From IMG/VR virus record IMGVR_UViG_3300048670_001504, positions 1 through 33,761 of that record: 33,761 bases of DNA. The stretch is one strand, 5' to 3'. The stretch's first letter is position 1; each line of letters opens with the position of its first letter. Below are positions 7,515 to 15,823 of this stretch, one piece after another. This DNA is from a virus. Taxonomy: Duplodnaviria; Caudoviricetes. The position numbers and the translations under genes were made by a program. The notes under the pieces were generated by a model. It did not search any database. It had not been told where the DNA came from and saw only the letters and a program-made list of their open reading frames with translations.

Positions 7515-7886
7515 ATGAACAAACAAAAAGATCTTAAAGTTTTATGGCTTTATCTCGCCAAGAGAGATAAAAAGGGAATTCAAATAATTGCCAAGCTATT
7601 ATGTAGAGAAATTAATCCGATTCCTTTATCTAATATTAAAATACTTGGTCTTCCTCCGAGCTGGGAAGGTACTATATCTGATATTATTGATCAAAATAAA
7701 ATATATTGGGAACCTTGGGTTCAAACTGCTGCCGATTTTGACGAACTTAAGCTTAACTTAAAAATGAGAGGATATTCAAATATTCCTGTAAACGGCAGCC
7801 CAATGATACTTATAACCCCGCAAGTTTTAGTTAATATAAATAATTTTCCAAAACAAAAGAATATGGTTCAAAAAAGAACTAATTAG
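7515..7886 (+). CDS. Hypothetical protein (123 aa)
   Basis: Only ORF covering this gap; its stop overlaps that of the convergent gene. Confidence 0.75.
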   Translation: MNKQKDLKVLWLYLAKRDKKGIQIIAKLLCREINPIPLSNIKILGLPPSWEGTISDIIDQNKIYWEPWVQTAADFDELKLNLKMRGYSNIPVNGSPMILITPQVLVNINNFPKQKNMVQKRTN

Positions 7887-8161
7887 TAGATGTATTTTTT
7901 GTTTATGTAGAAAGTTCCTGAGTTTACCTCGAGTTTTAAAAGATCTTCTTCTCCGCCTATCACCGTTCCACCGGTTCTTATAAAATCTTTTTTAACTTCC
8001 TTGTGATTGCCTTCATCTATTGTTATTTTGCTGCCAAGACTTTTTATATTTTTTGGATAAACTCTTTCTTGGAGTTTTGGCATGGAAGGAACTTTGTCCT
8101 GTTTTATCCACTTATTAAATTCATTTAAGAATGAGAAGTTGTCGTCAAATGGTGTTTTCAT
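7883..8161 (-). CDS. Hypothetical protein (92 aa)
   Basis: Start overlaps the end of the upstream gene; GTATATAC lies about 30 nt upstream. Confidence 0.7.
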   Translation of the reverse strand: MKTPFDDNFSFLNEFNKWIKQDKVPSMPKLQERVYPKNIKSLGSKITIDEGNHKEVKKDFIRTGGTVIGGEEDLLKLEVNSGTFYINKKYIY

Positions 8162-8987
8162 TAGTTGTAAATTCTTTTACTTCACTAAGTTGTATATACG
8201 CAGCATTATCTAATTTTTTAGAATGCCCATAATACTTTATTTCTATTTTATCTTTTATCCAATATAAACAAGAGTCTATTATTTCTGATATTAAATTTTG
8301 TTGAGGATAAGAATACAAACCATTATCAAGCTTGGTGCTCCCGGGCTTCTCTTCAGCGAATGAATCGTCGCAAGATAATAGTAATAATTTTTTACATTGA
8401 AATCTATATGCTAAGTTAATGGAGGCACACATTACATTTCTATAATCATCTACTTGATACATGTTTTCTTTTGATCCGCTATAGCTAACCTTTTCTTCAT
8501 TTACTGCATAATATTTGTATTTTATTCCATTGTAGCGTTCTAAAAAAGTATGGTTGGTTTTACTTGAAGCTATGCATTTAGGCAAAGTTCTATTTGTTCT
8601 TGGTAAGTAATTTAGGCATTCATTGTATGGATTATTGACTATGTAATAATTTGGAGATTTGTTGTTTTTCCATTTTTTTAAAGCACCATTGACAGCAAAA
8701 ACACATACATTCTGATCATCAATAATATTATGAGAATTTTCAAAATCATAACCATCTGATACTATTGCAATTGTTGGATGGTAAATATTTTCTGAATCTA
8801 TCCATGGATATCTGTTTTTATTATTGTAAAATTCATTTTCAAGAAAGATAAAGTATTCTCCCTCAGAGGTTGTTGAGTTTATATCAACATAAGGACAAGA
8901 ATAATTGCAGAAATTTCTCACCCAGAAATTATGATTAGGAGTTCTTATAAACTCATTATTTTTTATTTTTTTGGTTCTGGTTTGCAT
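8145..8987 (-). CDS. Maf/DUF115 (MptE-like) or sialyltransferase-like fold protein; putative glycosyltransferase
   Basis: Ordered motifs IAIVSDGYDF (cf. IVGxGPSL), VFAVNGA, PNYYIV, and NVMCASINLAYRFQCKKLLLLSCD (cf. AIxLAxxxGxKxIxLxGxD). The motifs are divergent. Confidence 0.55.
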   Translation of the reverse strand: MQTRTKKIKNNEFIRTPNHNFWVRNFCNYSCPYVDINSTTSEGEYFIFLENEFYNNKNRYPWIDSENIYHPTIAIVSDGYDFENSHNIIDDQNVCVFAVNGALKKWKNNKSPNYYIVNNPYNECLNYLPRTNRTLPKCIASSKTNHTFLERYNGIKYKYYAVNEEKVSYSGSKENMYQVDDYRNVMCASINLAYRFQCKKLLLLSCDDSFAEEKPGSTKLDNGLYSYPQQNLISEIIDSCLYWIKDKIEIKYYGHSKKLDNAAYIQLSEVKEFTTNENTI

Positions 8988-8997
8988 TCTAGCTGCT

Positions 8998-11331
8998 TCA
9001 CTTACAGGGAACTATACTAACACAATTTACTTTATCGCCTTCTCCGGTTATTTTACTTATGTCAAGTTGTATCTTAACATCGATTGGAGCGCCCTTATAA
9101 ACCATTTCGATCTCAGGCTTCTCGGGCATAACGAGTTGAATTGTATCTGGTATTGTTCCCTTGAGTTCTATAACAGGTGGTATTCCTACAACTTGTATGG
9201 TATCAGGTATCCCCTCTGCATTCAATTTAATTTCAGATGGGAAATCTCCAATTAGCTTCAATCCTATGCTTTCTGGAATATCGAGATTAACAATTGGGAT
9301 TGATTTAGGCAATTCAGAAGCGTCCAAAAGTATGCTTGAGGGTATTCTAGTATCGTTTATTATCCTTATTTCCGATGGTATGGGCATTATAGGAGGAATG
9401 ATCCTTATTTCTGATATTCCTTCTATTCTTTCAATCTTAATTGAACTTGGAATTTCTGATGCATCTACTTTTATGTCTGGAAATTTAGGTGCAACCACGT
9501 TGATCACGCTTGGAATTCCTATGTCGCCAACCTGAATCTCCATGATATTATCATCGGGCATTCCATAAGGTTTTATCATACTGGTTCCACCACCACTGCT
9601 ACTGCCAGTGGGACACTCCACGGTGACCGTAGCTTTTAGTTCCGGTATAGGCCCCCAGTTTATAGGTATTGCAAAGTCAGGAGGAGCAATATAAATATTT
9701 GGAAGATTTAAACCAGATGTATCTATGGTTATTGTGTTTGGTATGGGATTACCGCTTACGTAAACGTTTACCTCTGGAGGTAAATATATTAGTGGAGAAT
9801 TAACAGTAATAGTGTTTGGTATGGTGTCTGTAACTGTTATATTGACTGGGCTAAAGGTTATGTTGCTGGGTATCCTGGCGCCTGATGTATTTATGTCTAT
9901 TGAAATTGCATCTACCACTATGCGACTAGGAATATTTATTGGTGTGATTGTTATGTTGCTCGGTATCACGTTTCCGCTAGAAGTTATCTCCACTTGAACT
10001 GGATCTATTGCTATTCTACCTGGAATATTAATTGGCGTGATTTCAATTCTACTTGGTATATTAAATGGAACTGGTACAACAATTTCCACCTGCCCAGGGA
10101 TGTTAATAGGAGTTATTGATATCTTTCCTGGAATATTAATTGGAGTAATATTTATTAAAGAAGGTATCTTTAAAGGTGGCACTATTTCTATCTTGGAAGG
10201 TATGTTTATATTTCCAATAGGACTATTTTGTGCTATATCCAAACAAGGAAATACAATCGGAGGTATATTATACTTATTTGGAGAAACTTGAAATGGAGTA
10301 ATTAATATTGGAGGTATTATTGGAGGAGGCGGTACCGGTATATCTAATCCATCTGTTATTGTTTGTTTTATTGGCTCTAAGGGTGTTAATCTTTCTGTTG
10401 GGGTAAGTGTTATTGAACAATTATCATTAAATACACTTAACGCTGGGTCATAATTGGACCCAATTGAGTAGGTGTGTGTTCCTTGATACTCAGTTGTTGT
10501 ATACTGACCATCTCCAAAGTCTAGTCTAAAATTTGTACTCGCAGTACTATTGTCTATTGTTATAAAATATTGTGCTATTATTCCTGTGGTCGGATTATTT
10601 TCTATTATATCAAATACGAAATTCACACTAGGGCAGGCATGATCATCAAATATGTTTGGCAGTGCGTTTAGATTTCTTATCTTCCAATCTAATGTTGTTT
10701 GATCATCTGTGAAATTATACCCTATGAAATTTTCCAAACTTATTATTGCATCTACTATTTGATTGTGATGCTCGGCAACAACAAATCCTCTGACTTTAAC
10801 TCCTGCATAATTTAATTTCGTCTCCTGGCCACCAAGATTTCTTACACATTCCTTGAATTTACATACTCTCCCGAAAATTAATACCACAGAAACATTGACT
10901 GAATTAGCAGGATTAATTGCTGAACCATTCTTTAATGCTGACAGCTTAAATGTATTTTGAGTTGATTCTACAACGTAGTAAATTTTCCCAGTTAAAAATA
11001 CATCTAACATAGACTGGAATTTAACTGCGTTTCCATTTATTAAATTGTGATTTTCTTTTACAAATACACCCGAGGTATTAAGAGAAACAGCTGTATTTAT
11101 TTCTGGATCAAAAATTAGTTCGGTTGAATTATAATAAAATAATTCCCCGTTTATATTTGCAAAACCATTATTTGCCCAAAGCTCTTGTGAAGATGGTTTT
11201 ATTTCTATTGTTTCCGACCAAGGTGGATTATCTTTTACAAGAATGGACTCTGATGTGTTATAGACCAAGAAAAGGGTTTCATCTGAGTCGTATTTCCTCG
11301 GGTATAGTATATTTGGTGGTGGTTTGCTCAA
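8998..11331 (-). CDS. Tail fibre/virion protein: HHN module + PKD-like domain + long Pro/Ile repeat region
   Basis: TTG start with AGGA SD. Contains LYPRKYD..., VVAEHHNQIVDAIISLE, LDFGDG...HTY, then about 430 aa of IPSxIxI-type repeats. Confidence 0.7.
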   Translation of the reverse strand: MSKPPPNILYPRKYDSDETLFLVYNTSESILVKDNPPWSETIEIKPSSQELWANNGFANINGELFYYNSTELIFDPEINTAVSLNTSGVFVKENHNLINGNAVKFQSMLDVFLTGKIYYVVESTQNTFKLSALKNGSAINPANSVNVSVVLIFGRVCKFKECVRNLGGQETKLNYAGVKVRGFVVAEHHNQIVDAIISLENFIGYNFTDDQTTLDWKIRNLNALPNIFDDHACPSVNFVFDIIENNPTTGIIAQYFITIDNSTASTNFRLDFGDGQYTTTEYQGTHTYSIGSNYDPALSVFNDNCSITLTPTERLTPLEPIKQTITDGLDIPVPPPPIIPPILITPFQVSPNKYNIPPIVFPCLDIAQNSPIGNINIPSKIEIVPPLKIPSLINITPINIPGKISITPINIPGQVEIVVPVPFNIPSRIEITPINIPGRIAIDPVQVEITSSGNVIPSNITITPINIPSRIVVDAISIDINTSGARIPSNITFSPVNITVTDTIPNTITVNSPLIYLPPEVNVYVSGNPIPNTITIDTSGLNLPNIYIAPPDFAIPINWGPIPELKATVTVECPTGSSSGGGTSMIKPYGMPDDNIMEIQVGDIGIPSVINVVAPKFPDIKVDASEIPSSIKIERIEGISEIRIIPPIMPIPSEIRIINDTRIPSSILLDASELPKSIPIVNLDIPESIGLKLIGDFPSEIKLNAEGIPDTIQVVGIPPVIELKGTIPDTIQLVMPEKPEIEMVYKGAPIDVKIQLDISKITGEGDKVNCVSIVPCK
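9060..10345 (-). repeat. Degenerate protein-level repeats (IP[S/G/N]xIxI[T/D]P[I/V]N, about 11-16 aa)
   Basis: e.g. IPSLINITPIN-IPGKISITPIN-IPGQVEI...IPSRIEITPIN-IPGRIAIDPVQ...IPSNITITPIN-IPSRIVV. Confidence 0.8.
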
Positions 11332-11346
11332 TTTGTTTTCCTGTAA

Positions 11347-13707
11347 TTAATATATGGTAGAAAGCCATTGTTTTCCGTTTGGTCTATTACCTATATACTT
11401 AAAAGTTAAATCTATATCATTAAATTTAATAAATGAATTTTCACTATAGTCATAACTTATATATGCATTATGGTCCTCATCACTAGAGGCCAATAAAGTT
11501 TGTTTCTGATCGTCGAAAAAAGGCACATTAGCATCTTGCATACTTCGGAATTGATTCGAATTAGTGCCCGGACCACCAGTAACCCACACATTTGTGCTTG
11601 AGTTAAAAACACCAACGCTTCCAGAATTATTAAAAAGAAATATTCCGTTTGTCATATTGAGTAATTCTCCCTCCCCCTTTGTAGGACCAGAGAGATCATT
11701 TATTTTCTTGATTCCAGTTACTTCATTAGAGGTGGTGCCTGATGTTTTATAAAAACCTCTAAATCTAAAAAAAGTTCCTTGGTCTTGATTCTTTAAAATA
11801 TATCCTGCGCCGTCTCTCCATGCAGATCTGTAACAACTGTAATATTCTTTGACAGCAGGGTTTGTGGTTGTAGTGGTTGCTGTGTTGCTCCATAAATCAA
11901 ATATTGAATTATTTTTTAGTTCTTCTGCTCCGTTTGAATATGTTAAGCTTGTATACACACTCACAGCAGCAGCCGATTCTGATAGCGAGGCATTATTTAA
12001 AGATATCTTTTGTACGTTAACATTAGTCTGATTTGATTTGGGGTCTGTTAATCCCAAAAAGAAATACAAAGAAGTCTTTGAAGATAATCCTATCCAATTC
12101 CATTGTCGATCTATTTGCGAAGCAGAGGAGTAGCAATCTGTAAATCCCGAGTAGTTTTGTAAATTAATTTTTTCTTTACTAATGGGATCCGATGACTTTC
12201 TACCAGATGCCCAGTATATTATTCCTTTTGATCCGTCTCCGGATAATATTGAATTCGCTTTTGAGAAACCGTTATTTCTTTGAAATTCTCTTATTTTTCT
12301 GCATTTTTCATCCCTGTAAAATTTAGAATTATCGCACTTGATGTATGTATTATCTGTTATAAAGCTATGATCTATTGGATTTATGATTTTAGTTGAAAGA
12401 GTTTTAAATGTTTCGCTAATTAATCCAAACTCATGCGGCGTTATCGAGTCATAATTATCACTTATAGTCCACAGCCACATATTTAATTTTTCTACCACAT
12501 CTATCTGATTCTCTAGAGTTGTTATTCTATAATTTTTTAATTTTGTATCTACTCTCAATATAACATCATAGAATCCACCTACACTAAAAACTGCTCTGGT
12601 GGCACTGGCGTTGAAATGATTCAGGTCATCAGCAATACTCCATGTATAATTTGTTATTTCGTCATTGGGTTTTGCTCCTGAGGTTTGAACAGTTATCTCT
12701 ACGGGAACATTAACCGGAGTTCTTAAATTTCCATTAAATATAAATTGCATTAACCTAGTAGTAAACTGTAACTCGGCTTCATCTGGGCAAATTTCTTTTA
12801 CATTTATTAAATCATCGAAAATTACTGTGTCTTCTCCAAAATCATTCTCTACTTTTAATGCAACTGTATAGATCCCTGCGGAACAGTATATGTGTTGTTT
12901 AATTTGATTCTCAGATACTACTAAATCATTAACTATAGTTTCATAAGATAAAACTTCTTTATACTGAGGTTCATCATTATAATAAAAATCAATATTGTTT
13001 AATGTTATTTCTTTATCATTAGGTGCTTTATTTATTGGTATTCCGTAATCATTAATGGTTGGCTTTAAATTGAAATACCAGGTGTGTTTAAGTTTCTCGC
13101 TTGATCCATCTGTTCCTAATCTGAAACTGAGATCGGTGAAATTTACAGTTAATCCTTTTTTACTATTGCATGTACTTTCTGGTGTTGGTATTAAAACCCC
13201 AACTCTTTTGTCTACACTAAACCATGCTTTTGGAATTAAAACTATACTTCTTAAGTAATTAATTCTTTCTTCAACAGTTCCCGTTAATGGCATTTCTGCT
13301 TTAGAGCCCTGCAACCCAGCAAATTTTTCTATTGCTATAATTGAATCTTTTAATGTATTGTGATGTTGAGCCATCACATTTTGTGTAACATTAGTTAAAT
13401 CTTTATACTTTGCAACATCCTTAAATCCAGGAACTATTTTTATTCCTTCAAATGTTGTGGTTGTTTTAGATGTATAGGTAAAAGATATGGCTCTTTCTTC
13501 GGGATTAGTGCACTGATCCGTAAGAGTTATTATTCCACCACCTTCCGCAGACCCCGGGAATCTAGACATAACACTAGTATTTTCATAAACTGTAATACTG
13601 GTGTCTCCGGGACTATAGTCCTCAGCAAGTTTCAACCTTAAATAGTCATGTACTACATAAAGGTTTTGATTGTTGTCAAAATCGTATGGATAATTACTTA
13701 AAGTCAT
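11347..13707 (-). CDS. Tail fibre/virion protein: HHN module + two PKD-like domains + beta-rich C-terminal head
   Basis: NYPYDFD..., VMAQHHNTLKDSIIAIE, PKAWF...VNFTDLS...HTWYF...GIYTVALKVEN, YTWSI...GFYDVILRV, and a TATTTTT linker. Confidence 0.7.
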   Translation of the reverse strand: MTLSNYPYDFDNNQNLYVVHDYLRLKLAEDYSPGDTSITVYENTSVMSRFPGSAEGGGIITLTDQCTNPEERAISFTYTSKTTTTFEGIKIVPGFKDVAKYKDLTNVTQNVMAQHHNTLKDSIIAIEKFAGLQGSKAEMPLTGTVEERINYLRSIVLIPKAWFSVDKRVGVLIPTPESTCNSKKGLTVNFTDLSFRLGTDGSSEKLKHTWYFNLKPTINDYGIPINKAPNDKEITLNNIDFYYNDEPQYKEVLSYETIVNDLVVSENQIKQHIYCSAGIYTVALKVENDFGEDTVIFDDLINVKEICPDEAELQFTTRLMQFIFNGNLRTPVNVPVEITVQTSGAKPNDEITNYTWSIADDLNHFNASATRAVFSVGGFYDVILRVDTKLKNYRITTLENQIDVVEKLNMWLWTISDNYDSITPHEFGLISETFKTLSTKIINPIDHSFITDNTYIKCDNSKFYRDEKCRKIREFQRNNGFSKANSILSGDGSKGIIYWASGRKSSDPISKEKINLQNYSGFTDCYSSASQIDRQWNWIGLSSKTSLYFFLGLTDPKSNQTNVNVQKISLNNASLSESAAAVSVYTSLTYSNGAEELKNNSIFDLWSNTATTTTTNPAVKEYYSCYRSAWRDGAGYILKNQDQGTFFRFRGFYKTSGTTSNEVTGIKKINDLSGPTKGEGELLNMTNGIFLFNNSGSVGVFNSSTNVWVTGGPGTNSNQFRSMQDANVPFFDDQKQTLLASSDEDHNAYISYDYSENSFIKFNDIDLTFKYIGNRPNGKQWLSTIY

Positions 13708-15107
13708 TATATTATTTCTATTGTGTTTTCTTTCTTGAGAAAAGCTTTTTTGATTACTTGGTTTTTATACAAAACAAAAACACTGGGTTGTGGCCGAGAA
13801 TACTGTTTCTCATAAATAAAGTATGATACATGTATGTTTGGATCAATTTCTCTGTAATTTAAAATAGACTCATTTTCAATAGCTCCTATTTTTGCGACAC
13901 CATTACTGGACAAGCTTCTGTCCGAGCCACCAGCTATAGTGGCTATAATTTCTGTTTTATAAATTGGAGTAGCCCCGTTTAAATCACAATGTTTTGAATT
14001 TTCTTCATCAATTTGTTGTGTCATCGGGTCTACTAAACCATACTTAATGCTATTTATATTCATTATATAACAATTATCACCAACAATTAAAGATAATTGT
14101 TTTCCATAGAAATTATCTTTAGCATTTTTACCGGCCACAGTTATTTTATAAGTTTTTCCTTGAGACGATATAATTGTCCAAGAACATTTATATAATTTTC
14201 GAATCAATCTACCAGGGGAATTAAAGTTCCAATATCTTTCTTGTATATCTCCATCTGTTTGATCTATAAATTCAAAAATAGTAGGGCCATAACCAGAGTT
14301 AGTATTTAAATAGTTTGCCACTATCGCCCCAGATAGATTGTTTGGTTGGGGATTATTTACTAAAGATATGTAGAAAAATGGTTGTTTCTCTTCATTAGAA
14401 ACTAATACATAATTACTTTTGGTCATTATCGCCTGTCCGCCCAATACACTCACAACATTTAATTCAACACTATATGAACCTTCTGTTACATATTTATGAA
14501 TAGGATTTTTTTCTGTGGAAGTTTCGCCATCTCCAAAATCCCAAAAATATCTTACTAAAGGTCCTGTACTGAAATTTTGAAAAGTCACAGATAAAGGAGG
14601 CGAGCCACTTGCTGGGTATGCTCTGAATAGTGGTTTTGGAGTTAAAAATCTGTTTTCTTGAATTTTTAATATTCCATTTAGAGATATTGGATTTGGACTC
14701 TGAACCAGGCCAAGATTAGTTTCTATCTTCATTATGGCGTCTTTTACGGCATTGTGATGTTCTGCACTAACTGTATTTCCTACTTTAGAATTTATATCCC
14801 ATTGGTTTTGTCTAGAGCCTGCAAATCCACGAACTAAATTTGTAAATGTATTAGATGTTTTAGATCCATAATAAATTAGCTCTCCTTGCTTATCGTTATT
14901 TCCGCTTATTTTTATTATTCCCTTGTCGGGAAAACTAGATGTATCTCCAACGATCACCCTGCCTCCAGAATAACTCAGGCTCTGGGTTAATTTTGTCTCA
15001 GCGTTATTCTTGACTTCGTATAGACTTTCCTTGCCATCCAGTGCTTCTGGATACAACGATAAATCCCCAGTCTGATAACCATCTCTTAAACTATCAATTC
15101 TCGCCAC
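13707..15107 (-). CDS. PKD-domain tail fibre/virion protein with HHN module
   Basis: GTG start. DTSSFPDKGIIKI...ELIYY...FTNLVRG phage virion domain, VSAEHHNAVKDAIMKIE, canonical PKD (GSPPLSVTFQNFS...WDFGDGETSTEKNPIHKY..EGSYSVEL) and a second interrupted PKD. Confidence 0.8.
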   Translation of the reverse strand: MARIDSLRDGYQTGDLSLYPEALDGKESLYEVKNNAETKLTQSLSYSGGRVIVGDTSSFPDKGIIKISGNNDKQGELIYYGSKTSNTFTNLVRGFAGSRQNQWDINSKVGNTVSAEHHNAVKDAIMKIETNLGLVQSPNPISLNGILKIQENRFLTPKPLFRAYPASGSPPLSVTFQNFSTGPLVRYFWDFGDGETSTEKNPIHKYVTEGSYSVELNVVSVLGGQAIMTKSNYVLVSNEEKQPFFYISLVNNPQPNNLSGAIVANYLNTNSGYGPTIFEFIDQTDGDIQERYWNFNSPGRLIRKLYKCSWTIISSQGKTYKITVAGKNAKDNFYGKQLSLIVGDNCYIMNINSIKYGLVDPMTQQIDEENSKHCDLNGATPIYKTEIIATIAGGSDRSLSSNGVAKIGAIENESILNYREIDPNIHVSYFIYEKQYSRPQPSVFVLYKNQVIKKAFLKKENTIEII

Positions 15108-15765
15108 TATTTTTACCTATTTTTTCTTGAAACCCTTCTTTTATTTTTAACATATTACTTTGTAGATAGTTCAGTTTGCTTAAAACTTGTTTTTTAATCG
15201 GAACATCATCCGGTAATGATAGTGCCGTTTCAACAAGATCTATATCTATATTATTTTGAAGTAATAATTTTAAATTGATTTTTTCTAAAAGCTTAGTACC
15301 CCAATATTCTTTTTGTGAATCCAAATCATCGAAATATTTTAAAGGCTCTGTTTTTTCTATGCTTTTGAATGTTTGAATGAAAAACTCACACTCCTCTTCT
15401 GTGTCTTTTTTCTTACTCAACAAGGACTGAATATTATTAGAAATACTCAATGTATTTCTTTTTATTTGCCTCTTCTTTATTGCAAGTTCCCTTAAATCAA
15501 GCTCATCTTCTATTTCTTTTTCTTTACTATCTATTCTCTGTAAGTTAATATTACATATCTCTAAATTGTCTTTTTCTTCTTCTATTTGAAGGTCGGCACT
15601 ATCTAATACCTCTTGCCTAGCCTTTAATTCTCTTAAGCATTGCCACATTTTTGCTTGATTAGTTGGCTCTTTTCCAATTAAAAAATATTTTAATTGAAAG
15701 TAACTGTGTCGAGAAACTACGTCATTCTTGAGTAATTCGGATATTTTTTCTTTTATTTCTGACAT
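15094..15765 (-). CDS. Coiled-coil protein, possible fibre assembly chaperone
   Basis: SYFQLKYFLIGKEPT..AKMWQCLREL followed by long E/K heptads; lies among the fibre genes; SD AAGGAG. Function is inferred from position only. Confidence 0.65.
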   Translation of the reverse strand: MSEIKEKISELLKNDVVSRHSYFQLKYFLIGKEPTNQAKMWQCLRELKARQEVLDSADLQIEEEKDNLEICNINLQRIDSKEKEIEDELDLRELAIKKRQIKRNTLSISNNIQSLLSKKKDTEEECEFFIQTFKSIEKTEPLKYFDDLDSQKEYWGTKLLEKINLKLLLQNNIDIDLVETALSLPDDVPIKKQVLSKLNYLQSNMLKIKEGFQEKIGKNSGEN

Positions 15766-15772
15766 TTGATTG

Positions 15773-15799
15773 CTCCTTAATAGTTATCCTATTATAGTA
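15773..15799 (-). promoter_or_regulatory. TATAAT -10 element plus AAGGAG Shine-Dalgarno
   Basis: Minus strand reads TACTATAATAGG...AAGGAG-7 nt-ATG, within a 58-bp gap. The ACTATAATAG core is the same as upstream of the nuclease. Confidence 0.5.
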
Positions 15800-15823
15800 G
15801 AAATGCCAGAACAATAATATTTT

